Shown here piece by piece: positions 33,786 to 44,288 of a stretch of 64,000 nt of DNA. Below the pieces are notes generated by a model, which was not told where the DNA came from, did not search any database, and was given only the letters and a program-made list of their open reading frames with translations. Position 1 is the first letter of the stretch, and the number at the start of each line of letters is the position of its first letter. Where the stretch lies: positions 153,153 through 217,152 of the forward strand of contig JBLFWM010000001.1 in assembly GCA_047611265.1 (NCBI GenBank), read 5' to 3'. The stretch is from Gammaproteobacteria bacterium (GTDB lineage Bacteria; Pseudomonadota; Gammaproteobacteria; GCA-002705445; GCA-002716945). A program made the position numbers and the translations under genes.

Positions 33786-35088
33786 TTTTAGATTTTTCAT
33801 AATAATGTTAGTAATTACATTGTCACCTATTGCATATTCAGCAGATATCCTTGATATATATAATAGAGCTCTAAAATTTAATAATGATTTGAAAATTATT
33901 TCTAATAATAATGAAATTTCAAAAGAAAAGTATAATCAAACATCATCATCTTTATTTCCTGAAATAGGGATCAGTGCAAGTACACAAGAAATTAATACTA
34001 ATAAGTATGATGGTTCTGGAACAATAGGAGACTATGCAAGCGAAACTGCTACACTAAAAATAACTCAGCCTCTTTTACGTATTTATTTTTTTGATGAACT
34101 TAACAAAGCTGAAGCGAATATAAATAAATCTCAAATAGAGATATCAAATTATAAAAGAAATTTGATTATCAAATCTGCAGAACTATATTTTTCATTAATT
34201 AATTCTAACAATAAATATAAGGCAGAATTAATAAAAAATGAAATTATGTCGTTGAAATATGATAATGCAGAAAAGCTATTCTCAAATGGATATATCACAG
34301 ATATTGAGTTAAACAAACATGAGAATAATTTTAATATTGCAAGTATAGAACTAGATGTATCTTTGAATGAATTAGAGTTAGTTAGGCAAGATATCTATAT
34401 CTTTACTGGTAGAGAAGCTCTGGATATACATGAGCTAGATACTATAACTGATATACCATTTACAAATTATGAAACAAAGTTACTAATATCTAAAGCAATT
34501 ACATCGTTTGATAGTATAAAGCTAGCTCTTCTAGATGTTGATATTTCTAAGCATGAAATGAAGTCTAATAGATCGCAACACTACCCTACTGTTGACTTAA
34601 TAGCGACATATGACTATTCGGATACAAGTAGTGGATCAAGACTAGGAAGAACGACAAGAGAATCAAATACAATAGGATTAACAGTAAACTTTCCAATCTA
34701 TCAGGGTGGATATCAAAGTTCAAAAGTAGAAGAGTCTCGGTATAAATATGAAAATGCTAAAGTGAGTTTAGATCAACTAAGAAGATCTATTAAGAGAGAT
34801 ATAACTGATAAAGTAAATAATCATAATCTATTAAAGAAGCTTATAGTTGCTAATAAGAACAGGTATGAAGATGCTAATCTTGATTTTATAACTACTAGAA
34901 ATGGCTTGCAGTCAGGACTATACACTAACGTTGAATTAAAAGATTCTGAATATAAGCTTACTATTGCTAAACATGAATTAATATCAAATACTCTAAAATA
35001 TCTCTTAACGGATCTTGAGTTAAAAAAATATTCGTCAGAATTAAGCATTGAAAGTATTAAAGATATAAACCAAATTCTCATTTGGTAA
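33778..35088 (+). CDS. tolC: TolC-family outer-membrane efflux channel
   Basis: Signal peptide, then 'ADILDIYNRALKFNNDLK', typical of the TolC N-terminus. Two internally repeated halves of alternating helical and beta regions. 436 aa. Confidence 0.75.
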   Translation: MFSFRFFIIMLVITLSPIAYSADILDIYNRALKFNNDLKIISNNNEISKEKYNQTSSSLFPEIGISASTQEINTNKYDGSGTIGDYASETATLKITQPLLRIYFFDELNKAEANINKSQIEISNYKRNLIIKSAELYFSLINSNNKYKAELIKNEIMSLKYDNAEKLFSNGYITDIELNKHENNFNIASIELDVSLNELELVRQDIYIFTGREALDIHELDTITDIPFTNYETKLLISKAITSFDSIKLALLDVDISKHEMKSNRSQHYPTVDLIATYDYSDTSSGSRLGRTTRESNTIGLTVNFPIYQGGYQSSKVEESRYKYENAKVSLDQLRRSIKRDITDKVNNHNLLKKLIVANKNRYEDANLDFITTRNGLQSGLYTNVELKDSEYKLTIAKHELISNTLKYLLTDLELKKYSSELSIESIKDINQILIW

Positions 35089-35101
35089 GTCTCATAATTA
35101 A

Positions 35102-36331
35102 ATGTTTAAATATAATTTATTTCTATACCTGTTAACTCCTTACTTAATACTAAAAGTCATATTTAGTGCTATTAGAAGAAAAAGTGGCATTACTTTTATC
35201 CTGCAAAGGCTTGGACTTATGAGGCCAAAATTAAACAGAGAAACAATATGGATTCATGCATCGTCTATCGGTGAAACTAAAATTGCATTATCATTACATG
35301 CAAAACTTATGCTTATTTATCCTGAAACATTATTTTTTATAACCACCACAACATCCTCGTCGAAATCTTTAATCATAGAGTCCGAAAAATTAAAACATTA
35401 TTACTTGCCGTTAGACTGGCAAATGACTATTAAACGGTTCATTGCTTTAATTAAGCCCAGAGTTTGTATAATAATTGAAACAGAAATATGGCCTAATTTA
35501 ATAAATATATGCAAAAATAATAAAATTCCAATTACGATTATTAATGGTCGTCTTTCAAGTAAGACTTTGAAGGCTAACAAGTTAATAAAGAATATATATG
35601 AGTTGGTTCTTCCAAAAATTAATCTAATAATGTGTAAATCAGAATTAGAAAAAGAAAATTTTATAAATCTTGGTAGATCTAATTTAAATATAGAGGTTAC
35701 TGGTAATATAAAGTTTTCGCAATACAATACTATTGCCACTAAAGACAATATAATCAATAAAAAATATGTTTTAGCTGTATCTACTCAACCAGATGAAGAA
35801 AGGCAAATTATTACAGAATGGTTGAAGGCTCATGAAAAAAAAGTACTCCTTGTTGTAGCGCCTAGGCATCCAGAAAGGTTAGGAGATATTTTATCTGACC
35901 TGCCGCTAGATAGAATAGAGATTGCTATTAGAAGTAAAAATGAAAGAATTAGAAATTCTACACAAATTTACATAGCTGATACAATTGGTGAAATAGAAGG
36001 TTTGATAGAACATTGTGAGTTCGTTTTTGTAGGAGGATCATTAGTTGATCATGGAGGGCATAATTTTCTTGAAGCAGCTTCTTATGGGAAAACTATTATT
36101 GTGGGCCCATATATGTATAACTTTATAACTGAGACAGAAGAATTTCTAAAGAAAAATGCAATGATTATGATTAAGAATTCAAGTAGCTTGAAACATGTAT
36201 TTGAAAGACTACTAAAGTCTAGACAAAGAAGGGAGTTATTTGGTACAAATGCTAAAAAAATTATGGAATCAAAAAAAGATATAATTAATAATTATTGTAA
36301 ATCTATTCAGGCATTAATTGTTGAAAAATAA
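35102..36331 (+). CDS. waaA: 3-deoxy-D-manno-octulosonic acid (Kdo) transferase
   Basis: 'WIHASSIGETKIALSL' (WxHxxSxGE) and C-terminal GT-B 'VGGSLVDHGGHNFLEAASYGKTII'. Confidence 0.85.
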   Translation: MFKYNLFLYLLTPYLILKVIFSAIRRKSGITFILQRLGLMRPKLNRETIWIHASSIGETKIALSLHAKLMLIYPETLFFITTTTSSSKSLIIESEKLKHYYLPLDWQMTIKRFIALIKPRVCIIIETEIWPNLINICKNNKIPITIINGRLSSKTLKANKLIKNIYELVLPKINLIMCKSELEKENFINLGRSNLNIEVTGNIKFSQYNTIATKDNIINKKYVLAVSTQPDEERQIITEWLKAHEKKVLLVVAPRHPERLGDILSDLPLDRIEIAIRSKNERIRNSTQIYIADTIGEIEGLIEHCEFVFVGGSLVDHGGHNFLEAASYGKTIIVGPYMYNFITETEEFLKKNAMIMIKNSSSLKHVFERLLKSRQRRELFGTNAKKIMESKKDIINNYCKSIQALIVEK

Positions 36332-37026
36332 CTCGAAAGAAATGTTTCATAGTCAAAACGAAGATATTTTTTATTTTTAATTAATGACCTCTGAAGTCTA
36401 TGTAAATTTGATTTCCTATCCTGCTCCACTAAATGTCTTCTGAATGACTTGTCAAAATCTAATATCCAGATTTTTAAATTACTGCTATCAAGAGGATCCT
36501 CAGAAACCATAATATTGTTTATATTTAAATCACCATGATAAACACCTAACATATGCATTTTTGCAACCTTTATTCCAATCTGTTTGAAAAGCTCTGGTCT
36601 TTCATAATTTAAAGATGCGCCTTCCTCATAATTTTTTGGTTGTTGAATAAGTAATTCATTTAGAGTTATAGCAGGGATTGCTTCTGTAACTAAGTTAGCC
36701 TTATATGAAATTCCACTATATGTAACCCACCCAATCAATGGCTTGCAAGTATTAAAACTATACTTATGCAGGTAATTTAATATTTCAAATTCTCTATAGG
36801 AGCGTGTGCTCTTAATATCATTATATAAGTACCAGTCATTCAGAAAAGCCATCATTCCTTTTCGAAAATAGTGCTTCTTAACCCATTTCCCATCATTGAT
36901 CCATTCTACATTCTGGCTTTCATTTGTTAGAAATACATCGTTAGAAAATAATTCTTCTATATTAATTCCTACATCTTTATCATAGAATATTATCTTATTA
37001 TCAATTTTTTTAGTTATTATACTCAA
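36307..37026 (-). CDS. kdkA: Kdo kinase (LPS kinase family)
   Basis: 'VYHGDLNINNIMV' catalytic loop and 'WILDFDKS'. Uses a TTG start in the longest-ORF call. Its start lies 3 bp from the divergent heptosyltransferase start. Confidence 0.7.
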   Translation of the reverse strand: MSIITKKIDNKIIFYDKDVGINIEELFSNDVFLTNESQNVEWINDGKWVKKHYFRKGMMAFLNDWYLYNDIKSTRSYREFEILNYLHKYSFNTCKPLIGWVTYSGISYKANLVTEAIPAITLNELLIQQPKNYEEGASLNYERPELFKQIGIKVAKMHMLGVYHGDLNINNIMVSEDPLDSSNLKIWILDFDKSFRRHLVEQDRKSNLHRLQRSLIKNKKYLRFDYETFLSSYFSTINA

Positions 37027-37029
37027 ATT

Positions 37030-38067
37030 ATGTCTCAGGCTATTAATTCGTTAAAATCGATCTGCATCATAAGATTATCATCTATTGGTGATATTACGCA
37101 TATGATTCCAATAATAAAAACTTTACAAGTACACTCCCCTATGACAAATATTACATGGATTATAGGAAAAACAGAATACCAATTAGTTAAAAATATTAAG
37201 AATATAGAGTTTATTGTAATTAATAAAAGAAAATTTATTGAAACTATCATAGTACTTTTAAAGCTAAGGAAAAGAAAATATTTTGATGTCTTACTGCATA
37301 TGCAAGTATCTTTAAGATCAAATTTAATGACTTTATTTATAAAAGCTACACGCAAGATTGGTTTTGATAGGAGTAAATCAAAAAATTTTCATAGTTTATT
37401 TATTGATGAAAGTATAAATTCCTCTGGTAATACGCATGTTCTTGAGACATTTTTTTATTTTTTATCAAAGATAGGGGTAAAAGAAAAGGAGTATGATAAA
37501 GATATAAATATTAAAGATTCCAGAATCTCTACTCCTCCTTCAAAAGGAAAATATATTGTGTTTAACCCATTTACAAGCTCTCGTAAATTTAATTATAGAG
37601 AATGGGATATTAATAATTATAAAATAATTATAAATTATTTAGCTAAAAACTATGGTATTAGTTCTGTGATTGTTGGTGGCCATAGTAAATATGAATTAGA
37701 AAAATCTATTTTATTTAATAAAATAAATAATGTAACAAATATGGTTGGGAAAACAAACTTGCAAGATGTTTATAATTTAATAAAATCATCTGAATTATAC
37801 ATTGGTCCTGACTCTGGTACTCTCCATATGGCATCCATGCTTTTAAAACCAGTAATAGGTTTGTATGCAACATCTAATCCTTTAAGAACTGGTCCTTACT
37901 ATGAGATGAAATATACTGTTAATAAATATCCTGAAGCTTTAATGATGTTTAACAAAAAAACTGAAGATGCCGCTAAATGGGGAGAACGTATACGTAATAA
38001 AAATGCAATGTCATTAATTAAAACCCAGGATGTGATTGCCAATATAGATAAAATATTAAAGTTTTGA
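37030..38067 (+). CDS. ADP-heptose:LPS heptosyltransferase (GT9)
   Basis: 'ICIIRLSSIGDITHMIPIIKTL' N-terminus typical of WaaC/WaaF, and C-terminal 'IGPDSGTLHMASMLLKPVIGLYATSNP'. Confidence 0.7.
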   Translation: MSQAINSLKSICIIRLSSIGDITHMIPIIKTLQVHSPMTNITWIIGKTEYQLVKNIKNIEFIVINKRKFIETIIVLLKLRKRKYFDVLLHMQVSLRSNLMTLFIKATRKIGFDRSKSKNFHSLFIDESINSSGNTHVLETFFYFLSKIGVKEKEYDKDINIKDSRISTPPSKGKYIVFNPFTSSRKFNYREWDINNYKIIINYLAKNYGISSVIVGGHSKYELEKSILFNKINNVTNMVGKTNLQDVYNLIKSSELYIGPDSGTLHMASMLLKPVIGLYATSNPLRTGPYYEMKYTVNKYPEALMMFNKKTEDAAKWGERIRNKNAMSLIKTQDVIANIDKILKF

Positions 38068-38541
38068 GACTTTATCTATTATTGATGTTGAAGACTTACC
38101 TTCAATCAAATCAATTAAAACTACTTTTTTTCCATTTTTAGCTAGGCAGTCCTCACCAGCAACTTTTTTTCCTTTGTAATCACTACCTTTAATTAAAATT
38201 TCTGGTAAAATTTCACATATTATTTCCTCAGGACTTTCATTATCAAATAGGATGATATGATCTACAGAGCTTAAGCATGATAAGACATATGCTCTATCAA
38301 GCTCTGAAACAATTGGTCTGTCTTTAGATTTAATTTTTTTAATAGATAAATCACTATTAAGGGCAACTATCAAGATATCACCAAGTTTCTTAGATTCTTC
38401 TAAAATATAAGTATGTCCTGCATGAAGGATATCAAAACATCCATTGGTCATTACAATTTTTTTATTATTAGACTCATAAGATAAGCACAAGTCTTTAAGA
38501 GATTTTAAGTTTCTTATTAGTTTATTATTTTTTAGATTCAT
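38056..38541 (-). CDS. hldC: D-glycero-beta-D-manno-heptose 1-phosphate adenylyltransferase (HldE domain II as separate gene)
   Basis: Cytidylyltransferase-fold motif 'VMTNGCFDILHAGHTYIL'. 161 aa. Confidence 0.8.
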   Translation of the reverse strand: MNLKNNKLIRNLKSLKDLCLSYESNNKKIVMTNGCFDILHAGHTYILEESKKLGDILIVALNSDLSIKKIKSKDRPIVSELDRAYVLSCLSSVDHIILFDNESPEEIICEILPEILIKGSDYKGKKVAGEDCLAKNGKKVVLIDLIEGKSSTSIIDKVSKL

Positions 38542-39451
38542 GAGCTAATTCACTTTGATTTACACTTGTTGATCCAAGTTTTTGCACAGATAGACCAGCA
38601 GCTATATTAGACATTTTTACTGCCGAAGCAATACTCCGCCCTGCAATAATGTAAGAAGATAGTATTGATATAACAGTATCTCCAGCTCCTGTAACATCAA
38701 ACACATCTTGTTGAGATGCAGAATATGGTGTAGATTTTTTTGATTCAAATAGCGTCATCCCTTTTTTACCTTCAGTCACAAGCAAATATTGTAAAGAAAG
38801 TTTTTTTCTCAGTTTCTCACCTTTCTCTTTAAATTCTTTTATATTTTTAGATATTCCAGCCACTGCTTCAAACTCGCTTAGATTAGGTTTTAACAAAAAT
38901 GCTTTTTTATAAAAGTTAAAGTCTAACCCTTTAGGGTCTACAAAAGTTTTAATACCAAGCTCGAAAGCTTTAGATAAAACTTTTTTAACGAGCGGTTTAA
39001 CCATTCCTTTGTCATAATCAGAAATAATGATGCCGTCATAATCATTTAAAGTTATTCCCATCGATTTAAAGGTACTTATAACTTTTTTTGATAGGTTTTT
39101 ATCCTCATGATCAATTCTCATTATCTGCTGATTTTTATCAATTACTCTTAATTTGATTGTAGTTCTTATCTTCGAATCTTCTATGGGCTTATAATTAATT
39201 TTTGATGATGAAATGATTTCATATAATTTTACAGAAGCTTCGTCTTTACCCGTCAATCCCACCAAAGTAACATCCATGCCAAAATCAGATAAATTTTTTG
39301 CAACGTTAGCAGCTCCACCAGGCTTATCTATCGATGATGAAACATCTAATATAGGAACAGGAGCTTCAGGTGATATTCTATTAACTTGCCCCATCCAATA
39401 TCTATCTAGCATAATGTCTCCAATAACTAGTATTTTCTTTTTTGGAATCAT
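38525..39451 (-). CDS. hldA: D-glycero-beta-D-manno-heptose 7-phosphate kinase (HldE domain I as separate gene)
   Basis: PfkB ribokinase-like motif 'DVTGAGDTVISIL' and N-terminal 'KILVIGDIMLDRYWMG'. Overlaps hldC by 17 nt. Confidence 0.8.
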   Translation of the reverse strand: MIPKKKILVIGDIMLDRYWMGQVNRISPEAPVPILDVSSSIDKPGGAANVAKNLSDFGMDVTLVGLTGKDEASVKLYEIISSSKINYKPIEDSKIRTTIKLRVIDKNQQIMRIDHEDKNLSKKVISTFKSMGITLNDYDGIIISDYDKGMVKPLVKKVLSKAFELGIKTFVDPKGLDFNFYKKAFLLKPNLSEFEAVAGISKNIKEFKEKGEKLRKKLSLQYLLVTEGKKGMTLFESKKSTPYSASQQDVFDVTGAGDTVISILSSYIIAGRSIASAVKMSNIAAGLSVQKLGSTSVNQSELAHESKK

Positions 39452-40381
39452 TTACTTATCTAAGATAACGGTTAACCACTCATTATGTTTGTCATAAGTC
39501 CCTTTAATAAGGCTGAAATAATTTTCTTGAAGCATCTTAGTTATAGGGCCAGGTATTCCATTGTTAATTTTTGTTTTGTCTATCTCTATTATAGGCGTTA
39601 CTTCTGCAGCAGTACCAGTAAAAAAAGCTTCATCACAGTCAAAAACTTCTTCTAGTTTAATTTTTCTCTCTACAGTTTCTATACCTAAATCATTAGCTAG
39701 CGCAATAATGGTTTTTCTAGTTATCCCATCCAGGACAGTAAGTAATTCCGGTGTAATTAATTTATTATCCTTAATTAAGAAAATATTTTCACCCGAACCT
39801 TCGTTTACAGAATCATCTGTTCCTAGGATAAGAGCTTCATCATACCCTGATGCCAAAGCATCTCTTAATGCTAAGCTTGAATTTATATAGTTACCAGTTG
39901 CCTTTGCTTTGTATAACATTGCCTCTGGATGTCTTTTAGGGAATGGAGAAACCTTAACTCTAATACCATTAATAATTTTTTCAGCACCAAGATAAGGGCC
40001 CCAGTCCCATGCTGCTATAGCACAGTGTACTTTTAAATTATCCGCCCTAAGCCCCATTCCTTCGCTACCATAAAAACATAGTGGCCTGATATAAGCATTA
40101 TTTAAATTATTTTTACTAACAGCATCGCATTGTGCCTGCATAAGTGTTTCTTTATCAAAAGGAATCTTCATTCCAACTAAATTAGCTGAATTAAATAGTC
40201 TGTCAGTATGATCTTCCAGTCTAAATATTGCTGGTCCTGATTTAGTTTCATAGGCTCTAACACCTTCAAATACACCAGTTCCATAATGTAAAGTATTAGT
40301 AAGAATGTGAATTTTTGCATCTTTCCAATCGCAAAAAGATCCATCCATCCATATTTGGCCCTCTAGGTCAGACATTATCAT
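39452..40381 (-). CDS. ilvE: branched-chain amino acid aminotransferase
   Basis: 'IWMDGSFCDWKDAKIHILTNTLHYGTGVFEGVRAY' and fold-type IV PLP motifs 'EAFFTGTAAEVTPI'. Confidence 0.9.
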   Translation of the reverse strand: MIMSDLEGQIWMDGSFCDWKDAKIHILTNTLHYGTGVFEGVRAYETKSGPAIFRLEDHTDRLFNSANLVGMKIPFDKETLMQAQCDAVSKNNLNNAYIRPLCFYGSEGMGLRADNLKVHCAIAAWDWGPYLGAEKIINGIRVKVSPFPKRHPEAMLYKAKATGNYINSSLALRDALASGYDEALILGTDDSVNEGSGENIFLIKDNKLITPELLTVLDGITRKTIIALANDLGIETVERKIKLEEVFDCDEAFFTGTAAEVTPIIEIDKTKINNGIPGPITKMLQENYFSLIKGTYDKHNEWLTVILDK

Positions 40382-40501
40382 GAGTTATCACTTTTCATTA
40401 TAAATTAACTGAAAATCATAGCATGACTTAAGTAACTAAAATACATGTATTTTTTGATTGATTCTTAGCTCTAATGACTTTAAATGTTAATTTAGTAGGT
40501 A

Positions 40502-40520
40502 TATAATGAGAATCATTCGC
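40502..40520 (+). promoter_or_regulatory. Fur-box-like operator upstream of fbpA
   Basis: tATAATGAgAATCATTcgC matches the 19-bp Fur consensus GATAATGATAATCATTATC at 15 of 19 positions. It lies about 30 bp before fbpA and is followed by the inverted repeat ttcgc-N11-gcgaa. Confidence 0.45.
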
Positions 40521-40551
40521 GTTTATAGAAAGCGAACATATATCAATAACT

Positions 40552-41628
40552 TTGGAAACTATGCATATGAGTAAAACAATGCGGAATATTTTTTTATTAT
40601 CTCTAACATTATTTATTGGACACTATAATTATGTATCTGCAGGGTCGCATGGATTTCATAAAAGCAATGAATCTAAGGAAGTAAATATTTACAGTGCTAG
40701 GAAGGCATATCTAATGAAGCCATTATTAGAGGCTTTTGAGAAAGATACCGGTATATCTGTGAATATAATATCTGGTAAATCAAAAGAATTGCAAAATAGA
40801 ATAGAGAGAGAAGGGTTAAACACTAGAGCAGATATATTGCTCACTGTTGATGCTGGTAATTTACATATAGCTAAATCTAAGGATTTATTAAAAAAAATAT
40901 ATTCAAAAAAGATAAATAAGCTAGTTCCACCTTATTTAAGAGATGAGGATGGTTACTGGTATGGTTTATCAGTTCGATCCAGAGTTATTATGTATAATCC
41001 AAATAAAGTGAAACTTAGTGATCTTTCAACTTATGAAGACATGGCAAATAAAAAATGGGAAGGCCGCATATGTGTCAGATCATCCGGAAATATCTACAAT
41101 CAATCTTTGCTTGCATCTCTAGTTTATCATTTGGGTGAAAAAAAATCTGAAGAATGGGCTAAAGATGTTGTAAAGAATTTTTCAAGAAAACCCAAAGGTA
41201 ATGATAGAACACAAATGACATCTGTTGTCCTTGGAAAATGCGATATCACATTAGCTAATACTTACTATCTTGGTAAATGGATGTCTTCAAAAAAAGAACA
41301 AGAAAGAAAGTATGCTAAACAGATTGCTGTCTACTTTCCTAACCAAAATGGTAGAGGAGCACATATAAATATAAGTGGTGCCGCAGTTGTTAAACATTCC
41401 AAGAATATTGATAATGCTATTAAACTAATTGAATATCTTGCTAGTAATAAAGCTCAAGAGTTATACGCTAAAGCTAATCATGAATATCCAATCAGAGAAG
41501 ATATCGGTATTAGTGATATTGTAAAATCTTGGGGATATCCTTTTAAACAAGATCGATTATCTGCAAATCAACTAGGTAAGAATAATAATAAAGCTGTCGA
41601 GATATTTGACAAGGTAAATTGGCAGTAA
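40552..41628 (+). CDS. fbpA: Fe(3+) ABC transporter periplasmic substrate-binding protein
   Basis: Signal peptide, then 'VNIYSARKAYLMKPLLEAFEKDTGISVNIISGKSKELQNRIEREG...ADILLTVDAGNL', typical of FbpA/AfuA. Several candidate ATGs for the true start (40552-40579). Confidence 0.75.
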   Translation: METMHMSKTMRNIFLLSLTLFIGHYNYVSAGSHGFHKSNESKEVNIYSARKAYLMKPLLEAFEKDTGISVNIISGKSKELQNRIEREGLNTRADILLTVDAGNLHIAKSKDLLKKIYSKKINKLVPPYLRDEDGYWYGLSVRSRVIMYNPNKVKLSDLSTYEDMANKKWEGRICVRSSGNIYNQSLLASLVYHLGEKKSEEWAKDVVKNFSRKPKGNDRTQMTSVVLGKCDITLANTYYLGKWMSSKKEQERKYAKQIAVYFPNQNGRGAHINISGAAVVKHSKNIDNAIKLIEYLASNKAQELYAKANHEYPIREDIGISDIVKSWGYPFKQDRLSANQLGKNNNKAVEIFDKVNWQ

Positions 41629-41632
41629 CTTT

Positions 41633-43270
41633 ATGTTTGCAAAACTATTAGATTGCAAAGACCAAATTTTTTTATTCCTTATAATCTCAATAGTAATAAT
41701 TCCAATTATAACTGTAATCTCATATATATTTTCTCCATCAACTCAGCTATGGGGGCATTTAGCCAATAATCTTCTAATCGAGTATCTTTTTAATACTTTT
41801 GTAATATTAATCTTTGTTGGAATAATTTCTATCATTCTCGGAGTATCCTGCGCATGGCTAGTTACCATGTATAAATTTCCAGGCAAAGATATATTTAAAT
41901 GGTTGTTAGTTATGCCGATAGCAATACCGACATATGTGTCAGCATATATATATGCAGGACTAGTAGAACCCTCAGGTTTTTTATTTGACTCTATTGAGAA
42001 TACATTAGGTCTAGGAAAAGAATTATATGGTCTGATTGATCTAAGAAATATTTACGGTGTAATATTCATATTAAGTATATGTCTATATCCTTACATCTAT
42101 TTATTGACATACTCATCATTTAAAGAACAATCAAATTGTGCGGTAGAAGTTGGTAAATCACTAGGTTTAAATAAAAAAGAATTATTCAGTAGGATAAGTA
42201 TTCCTCTCGCTAGACCAGGTATAATAGCGGGGTTAAGTCTTGTAATGATGGAAACATTAGCTGAGTTTGGGACTATGGATTACTATGGAATTAGTACATT
42301 TACCACCGGTATATATAGGACATGGTTTGCTTTTGGTGATGACACTAGCGCCCTACATTTAGCCTCTATCCTGCTTACTTTTGTTTTTATACTTATAATA
42401 CTAGAAAAATATTCAAGAGGTCGAAGCAAATATACTCATACATCCCAAAAATCAAAACCAGTAAAGCCAATTAGTATGTCAATGAGAAAAGGTATTTATG
42501 CATTCCTATGGTGCTCATTGATTTCTTTGCTTGGTTTCATTATTCCAATTATTCAATTATTTTTGTGGTTGATGGAAACTTACTCACATTTATTTGAAAA
42601 TACATTTGTAAAAATTATAATGAATACTGTGACGATAGCAGCTCTTTCCTCAGTTCTAATAGTATTAATCTCCATATATGCATCATATGTAAATAGATCG
42701 ACAAATAATTTCTATACTAAATTCTCGTTAAGAATTTTTTCTATTGGATATTCAATACCAGGCGTTGTAATTGCAGTTGGAATTATTATACCAATTACTT
42801 TAATAGATAATTTTCAAGCATCAATATTTGGGTCACCTATATTTTATCTCAGTGGATCTTTTGTAGCGCTCATAATTGCATATTTAGTTAGATTTTCTAC
42901 AATATCTTTTAATGCAACAGAATCAGGTTTAAGTAAAATAAAAAATAATATAGATTTGACGGCAAAGTCTTTTGGTTTTTCTAATTTTAAGATACTAAAA
43001 AATATTCATATACCAATGATGAAAACAACTGTTATTACTTCTTTTATACTGGTCTTTGTAGATATTGTAAAAGAGTTGCCAGCAACATTAATATTGCGAC
43101 CATTTAATTTTGATACTTTGGCAATACACATTTATGAGTTAGCATCATCAGAACAGTTGTCACTTATAGCCTCACCAGCACTAATGCTGATTATCATTGG
43201 GCTGATTCCTGTTATAATATTAATCAAGAAAACAGTTAATGATGGAAATGAAAATGAAATTAGAGATTGA
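41633..43270 (+). CDS. fbpB: Fe(3+) ABC transporter permease (duplicated 6-TM domains)
   Basis: 545 aa with two ABC-permease EAA-type loops ('MMETLAEFGTMDYYG' and 'IVKELPATLILRPFN'). Confidence 0.8.
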   Translation: MFAKLLDCKDQIFLFLIISIVIIPIITVISYIFSPSTQLWGHLANNLLIEYLFNTFVILIFVGIISIILGVSCAWLVTMYKFPGKDIFKWLLVMPIAIPTYVSAYIYAGLVEPSGFLFDSIENTLGLGKELYGLIDLRNIYGVIFILSICLYPYIYLLTYSSFKEQSNCAVEVGKSLGLNKKELFSRISIPLARPGIIAGLSLVMMETLAEFGTMDYYGISTFTTGIYRTWFAFGDDTSALHLASILLTFVFILIILEKYSRGRSKYTHTSQKSKPVKPISMSMRKGIYAFLWCSLISLLGFIIPIIQLFLWLMETYSHLFENTFVKIIMNTVTIAALSSVLIVLISIYASYVNRSTNNFYTKFSLRIFSIGYSIPGVVIAVGIIIPITLIDNFQASIFGSPIFYLSGSFVALIIAYLVRFSTISFNATESGLSKIKNNIDLTAKSFGFSNFKILKNIHIPMMKTTVITSFILVFVDIVKELPATLILRPFNFDTLAIHIYELASSEQLSLIASPALMLIIIGLIPVIILIKKTVNDGNENEIRD

Positions 43271-44288
43271 GAATATTTCGCTAAATTTAGATATCGATAG
43301 AATTTTAGATAATCTCACTTTAGCTGTAAAGGAGGAAGAAATTATATCCATAATAGGACCTAGTGCATCTGGGAAAAGTTCTTTATTAAGAGTAATTGCT
43401 GGATTTGAAAATATATCTTCAGGCAAGATAAAGTTAAACGGTCAAATAGTTGATGATACATCCTTAGTTATTGAGCCTCAAAAAAGAAATGTAGGTATAA
43501 TTTTTCAAGATCTTGCACTATTTCCTCATTTAAATTGCGCAGAAAATATAACCTTTGGTATATCAAAATTATCTTCTAAAGAAAAAATAGAACGCTTACA
43601 AAGACTGGAAAAGGTTCTAGATATTACAGAAATATCAACAAAATTTCCTCATGAGATATCTGGAGGCCAGCAACAAAGAGTTGCCATAGCTAGAGCTCTT
43701 GCTCCAAAGCCTGAAATTCTTTTACTAGATGAACCATTTAGCGCGTTAGATGAAAATTTAAAAGAAAAACTTTTGGCAGATGTAAAAATATTACTTAAAG
43801 AGGAAAAAATAACTACCATTATAATAACTCATAACATAAAAGAAGCATTTCAAATATCTGACAAGATTGCATTCTTAAATAATAAAAAAATTATGCAGTT
43901 TGATAGTGCTTATAATATTTACCATAAACCTTTGACAAGAGAGATAGCAAATTTTTGCGGTATTGGTAGTTTTATCAATGGGGAAATAATTGATGCCAAT
44001 CATGTGTTAACTGATCTTGGCAAACATTTTGGTGATACATCGCCTTACCAAATTGGTTCTAATGTAGATATCATGATTAGGCCAGATGATGTTATTCATG
44101 ACGATAATTCTACTAAATCAGCACAAGTCATAGAAAAGATTTTTCATGGGTCAGAATTTTTATACAAATTGAAACTTAATGCTAGTGAAAATATATTTTG
44201 TTATACGCCAAGTCATCATGACCATGCCATTAATGAAGTAATTGGAATAAAATCTGAAGTGGATCATTTGATATTATTCAGTAAATAG
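43239..44288 (+). CDS. fbpC: Fe(3+) ABC transporter ATP-binding protein
   Basis: Walker A 'GPSASGKSS', signature 'ISGGQQQRVAIARAL', Walker B 'LLLDEPFSALD'. The true start is probably the ATG at about 43248. Confidence 0.8.
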   Translation: MMEMKMKLEIENISLNLDIDRILDNLTLAVKEEEIISIIGPSASGKSSLLRVIAGFENISSGKIKLNGQIVDDTSLVIEPQKRNVGIIFQDLALFPHLNCAENITFGISKLSSKEKIERLQRLEKVLDITEISTKFPHEISGGQQQRVAIARALAPKPEILLLDEPFSALDENLKEKLLADVKILLKEEKITTIIITHNIKEAFQISDKIAFLNNKKIMQFDSAYNIYHKPLTREIANFCGIGSFINGEIIDANHVLTDLGKHFGDTSPYQIGSNVDIMIRPDDVIHDDNSTKSAQVIEKIFHGSEFLYKLKLNASENIFCYTPSHHDHAINEVIGIKSEVDHLILFSK

